Below, piece by piece: positions 1 through 10,884 of a stretch of 60,875 nt of DNA. Within the stretch, counting starts at the first letter, position 1, and every line of letters begins with the position of its first letter. The notes beneath the pieces were generated by a model. The model was not told the origin of the DNA. It made no database searches and was given only the letters and a program-made list of their open reading frames with translations. The stretch is taken from the sequence record SRR20825006_330. The stretch is one strand, 5' to 3'. A program made the translations under genes and the position numbers.

Positions 1-30
1 TCGTCGGTTCAAATCCGGCCGCTCCGACCA
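1..30 (+). tRNA. 3' part of a tRNA, most likely tRNA-Pro (truncated by window start)
   Basis: T-arm GTCGG-TTCAAAT-CCGGC, then acceptor strand CGCTCCG, discriminator A and encoded CCA. The implied 5' end CGGAGCG is typical of tRNA-Pro, which commonly flanks ihfA-merR. The anticodon is outside the window. Confidence 0.85.
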
Positions 31-73
31 CTTCCAAAACATATTGAAATAGGCGGTACAGCCAGATCCATTG

Positions 74-496
74 CTATGGTTTGGTCAGTATCTCGATATT
101 GTCCGGAAACTGGTCATATTGTGGCACATTTTCAGGCATGACTTCCCAAGGTGCTTTAGAGCCGACAAAAATGTGGGCTTTGATTTCAATATCATGATCA
201 TCGTCCAGACAGCCAAGGGTAATGCCGTGGATTTCACCCTGCACCACGCCGCAAAGGCTTGAACCACAGGTTGAACAGAATAACCGGCCCTCATGCCCCG
301 CTTCGGGGTATTTTTTAAGATTGTCTTCGCCGCTCAACCATTTAAGGCTGCCGGGTGTAATCACAGCATATGAATTTGCCTGAGCACTGAACGCTTTTCG
401 GCAGCGCGAACAATGGCATGAGCGCGCGCCAAACACCTCGCCGTTGAGTTCATATTGAACTGCGCCGCAAAAACATCCACCTCGTCTTGTCGCCAT
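74..496 (-). CDS. GFA/CENP-V family zinc-binding protein
   Basis: Cys motifs GGCFCG, CHCSRCRK and FCSTCGS; HIFVGSKAPW near the C-terminus; GGGAGG RBS. Confidence 0.88.
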   Translation of the reverse strand: MATRRGGCFCGAVQYELNGEVFGARSCHCSRCRKAFSAQANSYAVITPGSLKWLSGEDNLKKYPEAGHEGRLFCSTCGSSLCGVVQGEIHGITLGCLDDDHDIEIKAHIFVGSKAPWEVMPENVPQYDQFPDNIEILTKP

Positions 497-508
497 CTTG
501 ATCCTCCC

Positions 509-546
509 AAAAAGAAAGGCCCAACTGGTTGGTTCCAGATGGGCCT
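509..546 (-). terminator. Intrinsic terminator after merR
   Basis: AGGCCCA...TGGGCCT stem at 517-546 followed by TTTCTTTT on the minus strand. Confidence 0.65.
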
Positions 547-570
547 GAACTTCGATCTATTTAATTGTCG

Positions 571-1107
571 TCAGTCAGACTTTGAATTTACCGCATCTTC
601 TAAGATACGCTTACATTCAAGCAATTCAGTTAGCGCTTCATTCAAGCGTGCGCGAGAATAAGTATCTGTAACACCGGCTTTTTTCGCGATTTCAATCGCT
701 TCATTTACGGTGATTTCGCTCGGCAAGTTCGGCGTATTGTCGTTCTGTTCTGATGCGCCTGTATTCTCGTCAGTGTCGATTTGGTCATTTGTGCCATTGG
801 TCAAGGCACCAACGGGCACAACGGGCTCAATCGCGCCGGTTTCGCCGATTGCGATAACATGGCGTGCGCCATTTTCTTTGAGAATTTTTTGAACGCCCTT
901 GATGGTGAAACCTTCATCATAGAGCAAATATCGGATACCGCGCAAAAGCTGCACGTCATCTGGGCGATAATATCGCCGTCCACCGCCGCGTTTCAGCGGT
1001 TTGATTTGTTTAAAGCGCGTTTCCCAGAAACGTAATACATGCTGCGGGAGATCAAGCTCGTCAGCAGCTTCTGAAATGGTTCGAAAAGCGTCTGGCGACT
1101 TCTGCAA
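571..1107 (-). CDS. MerR-family transcriptional regulator (ihfA-linked)
   Basis: [11 protein letters not shown]...[10 protein letters not shown]...[11 protein letters not shown] signature; TTG start; conserved position after ihfA. Confidence 0.92.
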   Translation of the reverse strand: MQKSPDAFRTISEAADELDLPQHVLRFWETRFKQIKPLKRGGGRRYYRPDDVQLLRGIRYLLYDEGFTIKGVQKILKENGARHVIAIGETGAIEPVVPVGALTNGTNDQIDTDENTGASEQNDNTPNLPSEITVNEAIEIAKKAGVTDTYSRARLNEALTELLECKRILEDAVNSKSD

Positions 1108-1124
1108 CTGACCCCTCGCTCCGC

Positions 1125-1436
1125 TTATTTCTTGCGTGAAAGCATAGATTTGTTGATCTTACTTTTAAGCACATTGCTGGGCTTAAACACCAAAACGCGG
1201 CGAGGCAAAATAGGCACTTCTTCGCCAGTTTTCGGGTTTCGACCCACGCGCTCATTCTTTGATCGCACCAAAAATGAGCCAAATGAAGACAATTTCACGC
1301 TTTCGCCTTCAACCAAAGAATCGCTCATCAGTTCCAATACGCGCTCAACCAATTCAGCTGATTCAGCCCGTGACAGGCCGACTTGCTGGTAAACAGCCTC
1401 GCTTAAATCAGCGCGCGTTAGTGTTTTTCCGCTCAT
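1125..1436 (-). CDS. ihfA: Integration host factor subunit alpha
   Basis: [11 protein letters not shown]...KLSSFGSF...[12 protein letters not shown]. Confidence 0.97.
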   Translation of the reverse strand: MSGKTLTRADLSEAVYQQVGLSRAESAELVERVLELMSDSLVEGESVKLSSFGSFLVRSKNERVGRNPKTGEEVPILPRRVLVFKPSNVLKSKINKSMLSRKK

Positions 1437-1469
1437 GTCTCCCCCGCAAAAAAGATCAATAATTTTATG

Positions 1470-1498
1470 AGCATAGAACCACGTTTTGTATCGGTCAA
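1470..1498 (-). promoter_or_regulatory. Sigma70-type promoter of ihfA
   Basis: Minus strand reads TTGACC-17 bp-TATGCT, ending 33 bp upstream of the ATG. Confidence 0.65.
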
Positions 1499-1516
1499 TG
1501 TGTGAGTTTTACTCAA

Positions 1517-2491
1517 TTACCACCGAATTAAGGACGCAGCCCAGGTAAACCCGCCGCCCATGGCCTCAATCATCACCAGATCACCTTTTTTGATCCGGCC
1601 ATCTTCCACAGCCACGCTAAGGGCCATGGGCACTGATGCAGCGGAGGTGTTGGCGTGCTTATCCACAGTGATGATCACTTTTTCTTCTGGGATATTTAAT
1701 TTTTTCCCAGCGCCTTCAATAATCCGACGATTGGCCTGGTGCGGTACGAACCAATCCAAATCTTCAACATTTTTGTTGGCTTTTTCAAAAGCACCTTCCA
1801 CCACATCGGAGATCATGCCCACTGCGTGGCGGAACACTTCTTTGCCTTCCATGCGCAAATGGCCGACTGTGCCAGTCAAAGATGGGCCGCCATCAATATA
1901 AAGCTTGTTCCAATGTGCGCCGTCAGAACGGATGCAAGAGGAAAGAATGCCGCGATCATCTTCCTGATCTGCTGGCACGGCTTCAAGCACCATCGCACCT
2001 GCTCCATCACCAAACAATACGCAAGTTGTGCGGTCGTCCCAATCCAGAATGCGCGAACAGGTTTCAGCGCCAATCACAAGTGCGCGGGTGCCCATTCCGT
2101 TTTTCAAATGACTGTCGGCTGTGGTCACAGCAAACACAAAGCCAGAGCAAACTGCTTGCACATCAAACGCAGCGCCATGGCGAATGCCAAGATTGTTTTG
2201 CACCAATGTGGCTGTGGCTGGGAATGTACGGTCTGGCGTGGTGGTGCCCATCACGATCAAATCAATATCATTCGGCGTAAGGCCCGCCGCGGCAATTGCT
2301 CGCTCAGCGGCTTTGGTGGCCAAATCTGATGTGTATTCGCCTTCAGCGGCCACATGACGCTGTTTAATGCCTGTGCGCTGCACAATCCATTCGTCAGACG
2401 TATCTACGCGTTTGGCCAGTTCATCGTTGGTAACAACTCGTTCTGGCAAATAATGGCCAACGCCACGCACAATCGTTTTCAAATTGGTCAC
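1517..2491 (-). CDS. fabH: Beta-ketoacyl-ACP synthase III
   Basis: AVCSGF catalytic Cys, [14 protein letters not shown] and GGGFTW motifs; follows plsX. Confidence 0.97.
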   Translation of the reverse strand: MTNLKTIVRGVGHYLPERVVTNDELAKRVDTSDEWIVQRTGIKQRHVAAEGEYTSDLATKAAERAIAAAGLTPNDIDLIVMGTTTPDRTFPATATLVQNNLGIRHGAAFDVQAVCSGFVFAVTTADSHLKNGMGTRALVIGAETCSRILDWDDRTTCVLFGDGAGAMVLEAVPADQEDDRGILSSCIRSDGAHWNKLYIDGGPSLTGTVGHLRMEGKEVFRHAVGMISDVVEGAFEKANKNVEDLDWFVPHQANRRIIEGAGKKLNIPEEKVIITVDKHANTSAASVPMALSVAVEDGRIKKGDLVMIEAMGGGFTWAASLIRW

Positions 2492-3558
2492 GCTGAACCT
2501 ACCTCATTGTTATTCTTGTCTTTATTGGCTTCATCATGGGCAGCATATTCGCGCAACCCTTCGCTGATTTTATTGATCAACTGATTATGTGCCATTTCAT
2601 ATGTTAAGCCCAAGGCGCTTTTAAACCCGATCTCATCGGTACCGCCGTGGCTTTTAATCACAATGCCATTTACACCCAGAAATACCGCGCCATTTGCTGT
2701 GCGCGGATCCATTTTAGACCGCAAAGTGCGCATGGCTCCCATCGCAAGCAGCGCGCCGAGTTTAGACAACCAGCTTTGGCTGAGCGCGGTGCGCAGATAA
2801 GTTGCCACCTGCCGGGCCGTGCCTTCTGCCGTTTTGAGCGCAATGTTGCCTGTGAAACCTTCCGTCACCACCACATCGACAGTGCCTTTGCCCAAATCAT
2901 CACCTTCCACAAAGCCATGATATTTAAAGCCTTGGCCAGAATGAGCGTGCAATTGTTTGGAAGCGTCTTTAACGGCCTCTAGGCCCTTCACTTCCTCCAC
3001 GCCAACATTGAGCAAGCCGATTGTGGGCAAATCCACATCGAACAAAGCCCGTGCCATTGCGGCACCGAGGATGGAAAAGTCGATCAATTGCTCTTCATCA
3101 GCGCCAACGGTGGCGCCAACGTCAAGCACCACGCTTTCACTGCGCAATGTTGGCCATAGAGCTGCCAAGGCAGGCCGCGAAATGCCATCCATTGGGCGCA
3201 GGCAAAAAGTGGCCATGGCCATCAGTGCGCCTGTGTTGCCGCCAGAAATGGCAGCTTGGGCCTCACCATCTTTGACAGATTGCAATGCGTTCCACATGGA
3301 AGAATCGCCCCGCCCCTTGCGCAAGGCTTGGGATGGCTTGTCGTCCATTGAAATCACATTGTCGCAATGACGAATTTCGGAAACAGCTTGCAATTTTTCG
3401 TGCTGGGCCAAAAGCGGCTTCAGCTCATCTTCACGACCGTGAAAAATATATTTGGCGTTTGGGCGCTCAATCAGTGCGAGGGCAGCGCCCTCCACCACGA
3501 TTTTTGGCCCATTGTCGCCACCCATGGCATCAACGGAAATGGTGATAGAATCTGACAT
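2488..3558 (-). CDS. plsX: Phosphate acyltransferase
   Basis: [22 protein letters not shown] and KSHG motifs. Confidence 0.97.
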   Translation of the reverse strand: MSDSITISVDAMGGDNGPKIVVEGAALALIERPNAKYIFHGREDELKPLLAQHEKLQAVSEIRHCDNVISMDDKPSQALRKGRGDSSMWNALQSVKDGEAQAAISGGNTGALMAMATFCLRPMDGISRPALAALWPTLRSESVVLDVGATVGADEEQLIDFSILGAAMARALFDVDLPTIGLLNVGVEEVKGLEAVKDASKQLHAHSGQGFKYHGFVEGDDLGKGTVDVVVTEGFTGNIALKTAEGTARQVATYLRTALSQSWLSKLGALLAMGAMRTLRSKMDPRTANGAVFLGVNGIVIKSHGGTDEIGFKSALGLTYEMAHNQLINKISEGLREYAAHDEANKDKNNNEVGSA

Positions 3559-3640
3559 TATTTTTCTTTAATTGCACTCCGTTATGGCGCAGCTTAGCCA
3601 AGACAGGCCATGAAACAAGTAATTTTCAGATATTTCCAAC

Positions 3641-4183
3641 TTATTTCTTGTCCTTCAATGCTGCAAGCGCAGCGAATGGCGACTCGCTTTCATCGCGGAC
3701 ATCTTCTTCAACATCTGCAAATTCAGCATCTTGTTTGCGCGGATAAGGATTAAGCGACAAAAGAAGCGTTTCCACCACCATAGGTGCTAGATCGATATAA
3801 TCGCCCTCAAACCAATCTTGATCTGGCTCACTGTCCAGATTGACGAAAACCTCTGCGTTGGGCGCCACATCCATTTCTGGCGGCTTGCCAGGCATGTAGA
3901 TGCGCTCAAATTCCAACTCAACATGTTCGGTAACGGGGTCCAAAGTCACCACACAGGCTTGTTGCACTGTGGCTTGGCCCTTGCCTTTTGCTTGATAGCC
4001 GCCGCGGAAGGGGCGCACGGTGATTTTGCCATTCAGGCTATCAACACCATCAAGTTTTGTTTCGGCCACCAATGCCTCTTTGGTCACTTGGTCGGCCTGA
4101 AATTCGTAGTCGCGCCCGTCTTTTGGCACCTCAGAAAGGCGCACTTCCAGATCGAGCAGTTTGTGTACGTCTTGCGCCACCAT
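3641..4183 (-). CDS. YceD/DUF177 family protein
   Basis: QACVVTLDPV, LSLNPYPRK and SPFAALAALK motifs; upstream of plsX. Confidence 0.88.
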   Translation of the reverse strand: MVAQDVHKLLDLEVRLSEVPKDGRDYEFQADQVTKEALVAETKLDGVDSLNGKITVRPFRGGYQAKGKGQATVQQACVVTLDPVTEHVELEFERIYMPGKPPEMDVAPNAEVFVNLDSEPDQDWFEGDYIDLAPMVVETLLLSLNPYPRKQDAEFADVEEDVRDESESPFAALAALKDKK

Positions 4184-4186
4184 AGT

Positions 4187-4738
4187 CTAACCTTGCCCGC
4201 CGCCAGCTTTAATCGCGTCATTTGGCGGCAATAGATTGAGCGTTCCTTTGTCAATTTGACCTTGCGGGTCTAAATGATCTAGTTGCCCAAAGCAATAGTG
4301 CGCCAACATCTTGGCATTTTCTGGGTCTTCTGGATCAAATAGGTTGCGCGATAGTGCCTGCGTCAGTCCACCCACATCTTTCGGATCAAAATGATCTTTG
4401 ATTGCGCCAAGCAGTCCATAAAAGAGCTCTGACATTTTTTTGACCTTTTTGGGCACGGTCAAATCACCTACTCCCATTTCGCGCAAAGAGCGGTCCATAT
4501 CTTTGAAAAACAAGTCAAATAGGGTTTGGGCAAATGCCTTTGTTTTCTCATCTTCTTCGTGCAGACGATGGAAAACCAAAGAAAGATGCAAGGCAATCAT
4601 ATCGAAACGCCCAGTCACATTATCTTTGATCCCGTAATGTAAATAAAAGTCGGGATGCCGAGATTGCGCCACAATGGCATTATAAACCGCGTAAGCAGCG
4701 TCAGCATGTGGGTTTTTACGAAAGGGGTTGAAAATCAT
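4187..4738 (-). CDS. Ubiquinol-cytochrome c chaperone (Cbp3) family protein
   Basis: GRFDMIALH and DMDRSLREMGVGDL motifs; start placed at MIFNPF. Confidence 0.88.
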   Translation of the reverse strand: MIFNPFRKNPHADAAYAVYNAIVAQSRHPDFYLHYGIKDNVTGRFDMIALHLSLVFHRLHEEDEKTKAFAQTLFDLFFKDMDRSLREMGVGDLTVPKKVKKMSELFYGLLGAIKDHFDPKDVGGLTQALSRNLFDPEDPENAKMLAHYCFGQLDHLDPQGQIDKGTLNLLPPNDAIKAGGGQG

Positions 4739-4868
4739 CTTCTTTTCGTCGTTTGATGCCGCAAAGCTGTTGTTCAGTGTCATTGCTGTTTGTTGGCTTG
4801 CCAAATCGGCCTTATGCCAGCTAAACAGTGTTACGCACTCAATTTGTGTTTAGACTAGTTAATCGAGA

Positions 4869-5330
4869 TTGTCACAGAAAGCCAATTATATGATGGTCCT
4901 GCGTTCTGCAAATCGTTTTCTCTCCATTTTATTCGTTGTTTTTGTCGCAGTGGGCCTTTCCGGCTGCCTGACACAGCAACGCACACAAGGCTATGACATT
5001 CCTGAGGACAGTCTTGAACAAGTACGCCCCGGCGTTTCTAAGGAGTTGGTTGAGTTTGTTTTGGGCTCACCACAAACCACCAACACATTTGGTGAAGAAA
5101 AAGCCTATTATTATGTGGAAACAAAGGTTGATAAGACTGCCTTTGGCCTAACCACCGTGAAATCACGCACAGTTTTGGCGGTTTATTTTGATAAAAAAGA
5201 CCGTGTAACCGATAAAGCCGTTTATGGCTTGGAAGACGGTAAAGTGGTGGACATTGTTTCTCGCCGCACACCGGGCTTTGGCCAAGACCGCTCATTCTTG
5301 CAGCAATTGTTGGGCTCATTGTCCTTCTAA
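4869..5330 (+). CDS. bamE: Outer membrane protein assembly lipoprotein BamE
   Basis: Lipobox LSGC and VLGSP motif; divergent from the Cbp3 gene; exact start uncertain. Confidence 0.85.
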   Translation: MSQKANYMMVLRSANRFLSILFVVFVAVGLSGCLTQQRTQGYDIPEDSLEQVRPGVSKELVEFVLGSPQTTNTFGEEKAYYYVETKVDKTAFGLTTVKSRTVLAVYFDKKDRVTDKAVYGLEDGKVVDIVSRRTPGFGQDRSFLQQLLGSLSF

Positions 5331-5357
5331 TTTGCGCGAGCAAATTACAAGAGTTTT

Positions 5358-5391
5358 AAAAAAATTGGGGGCGCTTTTGCGCCCCCTTTTT
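5358..5391. terminator. Bidirectional terminator between bamE and the MFS gene
   Basis: GGGGGCGC-TTTT-GCGCCCCC flanked by A and T tracts. Confidence 0.75.
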
Positions 5392-5432
5392 GTTGGGGCC
5401 AGTGCCCCAATATTTCTTAGTTTGTGAAAACC

Positions 5433-6641
5433 TTATGCGCGCTTTGCCTTGCGTTGGCGAAGATCACCCCAGGCCAACAAGGCCAATGCCGCGGTTGCGA
5501 CAGGCAACACCATCACATTGATTGATTCCCAACCGATATTTTCCAGCAGAAAACCTGAGCTGATGGATGCAATCGCCATGGTGCCGAACACCAAAGGCTC
5601 GTTCAATGCCTGTGCAGTTGAGGCCTCTTCTGGGCGATAGGCTTTGGCCAACATGGTTGTTGAACCGATAAAGCCAAAGTTCCAGCCAACGCCGAGCAAA
5701 ATCAACGCAATATCAAAATGCAGCGTGCTTGTGCCGTTCAAATTGATCAGCGCACAGCCCAACATCAACAACATGCCAATACCCACAACGGCGTGGCTGC
5801 CGATACGGGTGATGATGCTACCCGTGAACAGGCTGGGCAGGAACATGGAAATGATGTGCCATTGGATTGTTGTTGTGGCCGCTTCAGGCGAATGGCCACA
5901 CACATGCACCATCGCTAGCGGCGCTGCGACCATCACAAATGTCATCAATGCGTATGTTGCCATGCCAGTGGCCAAAGGAATGAAGATTTCCGGTACACGG
6001 ATCAGTTCACGTGCGGTGCGCCCCACAGGATCTTCTTCTCTCTTCACACGCACCGGTGCCAGCTTTGTTTGGCTTAAAATCAGCACGCCCAGTGCAGACA
6101 GAACCGCAATGATCAAGAATGATCCGGTGAACTCAACGTCCCCCACCCAATCTTTGGTGATGTAAGAGAGGCGCGGCCCTAGGAAGCCAGCGGCAACACC
6201 GCCAAGCAAAACCCATGAAATGGCTTTCGCCTGAATATTTTCAGGCACACTATCTGCAATAGCAAAGCGAATTTGCTGACCAAAGGCGGCAGATGCCCCG
6301 ACAACCGCCAATGCAATTGCGAACAGCCAGAAAGAGCCAAGATACACGGCAAGACCCGCGATAAAGCCGGCAATAATGCCAATTGATGCGCCCAGCATAA
6401 AGCCATTGCGGCGGCCAAGTGCGTAGATGATCTTTGTGGCTGGCGCTGCCATCAGCGCTAAGCCTAAAATCATAAAGGTGGTGGGCAAAGTGGCCATTGA
6501 TTTATCGGGTGCCAACGAGGCTGCGGTCAACGCGCCCACGGCCATAATAATGGCTTGGTTGGACCCAACAATGGCCTGCATAAGGGCCAACAAGCTAATA
6601 TTTCTGGCCACAAAGGGCCGCACGTCAGTTGGCTCACTCAT
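5433..6641 (-). CDS. MFS transporter
   Basis: About 12 hydrophobic segments; LGRRNGF, QWHIISMFLPS and GWNFGFIG motifs; conserved position after nusB. Confidence 0.88.
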   Translation of the reverse strand: MSEPTDVRPFVARNISLLALMQAIVGSNQAIIMAVGALTAASLAPDKSMATLPTTFMILGLALMAAPATKIIYALGRRNGFMLGASIGIIAGFIAGLAVYLGSFWLFAIALAVVGASAAFGQQIRFAIADSVPENIQAKAISWVLLGGVAAGFLGPRLSYITKDWVGDVEFTGSFLIIAVLSALGVLILSQTKLAPVRVKREEDPVGRTARELIRVPEIFIPLATGMATYALMTFVMVAAPLAMVHVCGHSPEAATTTIQWHIISMFLPSLFTGSIITRIGSHAVVGIGMLLMLGCALINLNGTSTLHFDIALILLGVGWNFGFIGSTTMLAKAYRPEEASTAQALNEPLVFGTMAIASISSGFLLENIGWESINVMVLPVATAALALLAWGDLRQRKAKRA

Positions 6642-6707
6642 ACTTCAATCTCCATAATTGGCTGGCTTGAGGGGGGGGAACCTTAAGAAATGCCAGCCCA
6701 GTCGCGG

Positions 6708-7217
6708 TTAGTTTTTAGCACCGTCGCCCAAATCGGCGCTCCGGTGTTGGCGGGCAATATTGTCTAAAACACCGTTGGCTACGCGTGGCTCATCTTTTTC
6801 AAAAAATGCGCGCGCAATATCAACATATTCGGTGATGATCACTTTGGCGGGAATGTCTTTTTTGTGCAGCAACTCGAATGTTGCACCGCGCAGTATGGCA
6901 CGCAAGGTGCTATCAATGCGCGTTACAGGCCAACCTTCCACCAAAGATTTGTCGATCAGTGGATCGATTTGAAGTTGGTTTTTGGCAACGCCTTCAACGA
7001 TTTGCTTGAAGAAGTTTTTATCTGCAGGCAGATATTCGTCCCCTTCAATCTCCTGCCCCATATAAAATGTCATGAATTGTGACAATGTATGGTCCAAAGA
7101 AGTACGGCCAATATCCATTTGATAAAGCGCCTGAACCGCTGCAAGGCGAGCTGCGCCGCGCTGGTTAGCTTTTTTGGCTGTAGAATTTGAATTTGGGGAT
7201 GATTTAGAACTGCTCAT
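6708..7217 (-). CDS. nusB: Transcription antitermination factor NusB
   Basis: RGAARLAAVQALYQ, EYVDIA and NGVLD motifs; start placed at MSSSK. Confidence 0.95.
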   Translation of the reverse strand: MSSSKSSPNSNSTAKKANQRGAARLAAVQALYQMDIGRTSLDHTLSQFMTFYMGQEIEGDEYLPADKNFFKQIVEGVAKNQLQIDPLIDKSLVEGWPVTRIDSTLRAILRGATFELLHKKDIPAKVIITEYVDIARAFFEKDEPRVANGVLDNIARQHRSADLGDGAKN

Positions 7218-7371
7218 CAACTCTTCCGGTGTCGGGAAACGGCTAATTGCGCACCAAAAGGCGCGCATATTCATAGCTTGCGCATATCAGACCGAGGCGC
7301 GCAATGCGACAAAAAAGTTTATTCCGCTTGGATTTGTGGCGCGAATTGTCAGTAGTTTGCGACGTAACGAC

Positions 7372-7848
7372 TTAATTCTCGTCCGACTGTTCGTCATCAA
7401 CATCATTCAATGTTGATAGAAACGCTTTAAAGTCGTCAGCGGCAGAAAAGTTCTTATAGACCGAGGCAAAGCGCACGAAGGCGACATCATCAAGTTCTTT
7501 AAGTCCATCCATCACCAACAAGCCAATTGTTTCAGATGGCACTTCACCATCGCCAAGGCTTTCCAAACGACGCACAACGCCTGATATCAAACGTTCCACG
7601 CGCTCTGGCTCAACCTCGCGCTTACGCAAAGCGGTGCTGATGGAACGCGCCAATTTTTCGCGATCAAATGGAACTTTGCGGCCAGATTTTTTGGCCACCA
7701 CAATATCGCGCAATTGAACGCGCTCAAACGTGGTGAACCGCCCGCCGCAGCCGGAACAAACCCGACGGCGGCGAATGGAATTATAGTCTTCTGTTGGACG
7801 GGAATCTTTGACTTGTGTGTCTTGATTTCCGCAATAGGGACAACGCAT
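7372..7848 (-). CDS. nrdR: Transcriptional repressor NrdR
   Basis: MRCPYC...DSR...RRRRVC..C..RFTTFE zinc ribbon, ATP cone and VRFASVY. Confidence 0.97.
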   Translation of the reverse strand: MRCPYCGNQDTQVKDSRPTEDYNSIRRRRVCSGCGGRFTTFERVQLRDIVVAKKSGRKVPFDREKLARSISTALRKREVEPERVERLISGVVRRLESLGDGEVPSETIGLLVMDGLKELDDVAFVRFASVYKNFSAADDFKAFLSTLNDVDDEQSDEN

Positions 7849-7857
7849 TGAAGAACC

Positions 7858-9144
7858 TTATGCCGAATAGATTGGGTGCGCGTCAGTGAGCTTCTTCACT
7901 TCAGCTCGCACCTGTGCTTCCACTTCCGCATTGCCGTCTTCACCATTTTGGCTCAAGCCATCAACAACTTGAACGATCAGCTCGCCAACACGTGCGAAAT
8001 CTGCTTCGTCAAAGCCGCGTGACGTCGCCGCTGGCGTACCCACACGAATGCCTGAAGTTACGAACGGCTTTTCCGGATCGAACGGAATAGCATTTTTGTT
8101 GCAGGTGATGTGTGCCCGCTCCAATGATGCTTCGGTCGCCTTACCGGTCACGCCTTTTGGACGCAAATCAACCAACATCAAGTGGTTGTCTGTGCCGCCA
8201 GAAACGATATCAAGACCGCCCTTCATCAAAGCACCAGAAAGACTTTTGGCATTTAAAACAACTTGTTTTGTGTAGTTTTTAAAGTCATCTGTTAGCGCTT
8301 CGCCGAAAGCCACGGCTTTACCGGCGATCACATGCATCAACGGACCACCCTGAATACCAGGGAAGATCGCAGAGTTCAGTTTTTTCGCTATATCTGCATC
8401 ATTGGTCATGATCATGCCGCCACGCGGACCACGCAAAGTTTTGTGGGTTGTGGTTGTTGCCACATGCGCATGTGGGAATGGGCTTGGATATTGGCCACCA
8501 GCCACAAGGCCCGCAACGTGAGCCATATCCACCATGAAGAATGCGCCAACTTCGTCTGCGATCTCGCGGAAAGCTTTAAAGTCCAACACGCGTGAGTAAG
8601 CGGAGAAACCTGCGATGATCAATTTTGGCTGGTGTTCTTTTGCAAGTTCGCGCACTTGATCCATGTCCAAAAGGCCATCTTCCTTGCGCACGCCGTAATG
8701 CACTGCATTAAACCATTTACCAGACTGATTTGGCCGTGCACCGTGGGTCAAGTGACCACCGGCATCAAGGCTCATACCCAAAATGGTGTCGCCTGGCTGG
8801 ATCAGCGCTTGGAACACGCCTTGGTTGGCCTGTGAGCCAGAGTTAGGCTGCACGTTCACAAAATCACAGCCAAACAATTGTTTTGCGCGATCAATCGCCA
8901 AGTTCTCAACCACATCAACATGCTGACAACCGCCATAATAGCGTTTGCCTGGGTAACCCTCAGCATATTTGTTGGTCAATACAGAACCTTGTGCTTCCAT
9001 TACCGCTTTTGACACGATGTTTTCAGAAGCAATCAATTCGATTTCATTTTGCTGACGGTTCAATTCAGCGGCTACCGCTTCCGCAACATCATTGTCAGTT
9101 TGAGCGAGCGAATTCGAGAAAAAGTTTGGAAAAATCTCAGTCAT
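7858..9144 (-). CDS. glyA: Serine hydroxymethyltransferase
   Basis: [16 protein letters not shown] and [14 protein letters not shown] (PLP lysine). Confidence 0.98.
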   Translation of the reverse strand: MTEIFPNFFSNSLAQTDNDVAEAVAAELNRQQNEIELIASENIVSKAVMEAQGSVLTNKYAEGYPGKRYYGGCQHVDVVENLAIDRAKQLFGCDFVNVQPNSGSQANQGVFQALIQPGDTILGMSLDAGGHLTHGARPNQSGKWFNAVHYGVRKEDGLLDMDQVRELAKEHQPKLIIAGFSAYSRVLDFKAFREIADEVGAFFMVDMAHVAGLVAGGQYPSPFPHAHVATTTTHKTLRGPRGGMIMTNDADIAKKLNSAIFPGIQGGPLMHVIAGKAVAFGEALTDDFKNYTKQVVLNAKSLSGALMKGGLDIVSGGTDNHLMLVDLRPKGVTGKATEASLERAHITCNKNAIPFDPEKPFVTSGIRVGTPAATSRGFDEADFARVGELIVQVVDGLSQNGEDGNAEVEAQVRAEVKKLTDAHPIYSA

Positions 9145-9391
9145 TATAATCCCCAAGATGGATGAGATTTAGGACCATCGTAAAAGGGAGTTGAATTCTG
9201 TGCGCGCAAGGCTCAACAAATCGAAAGGCACTTTGAGCGGTTTGGACACCATGAAGCGCCGTGTTTGAACATTGTCAAACTGCTTGCAACAAAATTCCAC
9301 CTCCCAATTGAGTCTAGCCCTCGTTTCGGTGGAGATCGCTTAGCACAGGCCTTTGGTTTATCCAAGCCGCCTTTTGGCTAAAACGGGACCG

Positions 9392-9595
9392 CTAAGACGA
9401 ATTGCGTACAAGCGCACGGCGTAACTTAGCCAAAGCAAGATTTTTCATTTGCAGTTCGCTGGCAGTTAGCGGCGCAATTATGGTGACTTCTGTGCCGGAT
9501 TTGGCGTGAACGGCTGCAACCCGCATTTGCCCGCCCATTTGCACAAATTCGAACAAAACTTCCCCCATATTTGGGGCAATGTCCCGGTCTTTCAT
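9392..9595 (-). CDS. Small conserved hypothetical protein (DUF6898-like)
   Basis: EVLFEFVQMG..MRVAAVH..SGTEV...LALAKL pattern seen next to glyA in alphaproteobacteria; start uncertain. Confidence 0.6.
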   Translation of the reverse strand: MKDRDIAPNMGEVLFEFVQMGGQMRVAAVHAKSGTEVTIIAPLTASELQMKNLALAKLRRALVRNSS

Positions 9596-9648
9596 CTCGC
9601 CTGTTGCCTCATCGCTGTGCCAAATCTTGCGGCACAAGCCGCGCTAAC

Positions 9649-10884
9649 TTATTGCGCGCTGGCGAAATCCACCCTGCCCGCTTCGTCAAAACCATAAATA
9701 TCAGTACGGAAGCTTACGACGCCTTCGCGATTTGCCCAAGCGGTAATGTAAGTCGTGATGATCGGCACCGGCTTTTCGAGATTAACGTCCAGCCGCTCAC
9801 CTGAATCAAAGGCCGCATCCACCGCTGGCAAGCTCCAATCGGTTTCATTTTCGCGCAGCAGCCAGGATACAAGCTCATCAACATTTTCGACGCGTACGCA
9901 ACCAGAAGAGTGGAACCGACGATTTTGGCCGAACAGTGATTTTTGCGGTGTATCATGAAGATAGACAGCATGTGGGTTGTGGAAATTGATTTTCACATGC
10001 CCCATTGAGTTTTCGCCACCTGGCTCTTGGCGGAACAGATATTGCACTGCCTCATCGGTTGACCAATCGACTGAACGCGGGTCCAATTCGTCGCCATTCG
10101 CATCATAAATCTTGATCCGAAAATCAGTAAGATAGTTCGGATCATCATTCATGAATTTAATGATATCGCGGCGAATAATGCTTTTTGGCACGTGCCAATA
10201 TGGGTTGAAATTGATCTGGTGCACTTTTGACGTTAAAATCGGCGTTTGACGATCGATCCGTCCCACAATCGCAGTATGGCGGCGCTCAACGACACCATTT
10301 TCAACCGCTTCGATGCTTGCCGCAGGGATATTCACCAAAATGTAGCGGTTTGAGAGCTCAGCAACAACCTGATTAACCCGTTCCAAATTTATGCGCAGTT
10401 GCGCTAATTTGGCTTCTGCTGAAATATTCAGGGTCAAAAATGTTTCTTGATCAACCACGCCCGTGATTTGCATTCCGTGGCGCGCTTGAAAACGCCTTAG
10501 CGCGGCGTCCAAATCATCATCGAATTTACTAGACAGTCTCCCAATATCTTCCAAATCACCAGATGCAATCAGTCGGCGACGCAGCGCACGCACATGGCCG
10601 CGATCATCGCCTTTTTGCAGGCCGTAAGCCCCACGAGTCATTTCTTCCCAGCCACCATTGGCAACAATTTGCTCGTATCGTTGAGTTGCCGCGATCAAAT
10701 TATAAGATGTTTCGTAGGAAAGGATCGGTTCTGAACTGTTGATGGCTTGTTGTGCCGCAACGCTGTTTGACTCTTCATCAGCAATTGCCAATTGGGGCAT
10801 AGAAATAAACGCACCCAGCGCGGCCACACCGCACATTGCACGCATTGTATTGCTCCAACTTGCCAGCCAGTTCAGTCGATTCAT
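9649..10884 (-). CDS. L,D-transpeptidase with peptidoglycan-binding domain (YcbB/LdtP-like)
   Basis: Signal peptide, FQARHG PG-binding domain, FNPYWHVP and YLHDTP...SSGCVRV catalytic motif; adjacent to an ldtR-like gene. Confidence 0.92.
   Translation of the reverse strand: MNRLNWLASWSNTMRAMCGVAALGAFISMPQLAIADEESNSVAAQQAINSSEPILSYETSYNLIAATQRYEQIVANGGWEEMTRGAYGLQKGDDRGHVRALRRRLIASGDLEDIGRLSSKFDDDLDAALRRFQARHGMQITGVVDQETFLTLNISAEAKLAQLRINLERVNQVVAELSNRYILVNIPAASIEAVENGVVERRHTAIVGRIDRQTPILTSKVHQINFNPYWHVPKSIIRRDIIKFMNDDPNYLTDFRIKIYDANGDELDPRSVDWSTDEAVQYLFRQEPGGENSMGHVKINFHNPHAVYLHDTPQKSLFGQNRRFHSSGCVRVENVDELVSWLLRENETDWSLPAVDAAFDSGERLDVNLEKPVPIITTYITAWANREGVVSFRTDIYGFDEAGRVDFASAQ

Noticed and set aside
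1-570. Integrative element at tRNA-Pro
   Set aside because: There is no integrase, and I saw no second copy of the tRNA 3' end in the window. Core genes resume at 571.
3559-3640. rpmF absent between yceD and plsX
   Set aside because: rpmF is commonly located elsewhere in Hyphomicrobiales, so this is not unusual.
9157-9391. Possible ZTP (pfl) riboswitch or leader peptide in the long glyA leader
   Set aside because: Only a 6-bp TCCACC/GGTGGA stem is visible. The conserved GACUGGC and GCCUGGG elements are absent, and the short ORFs lack convincing starts. An Rfam cmscan would settle it.
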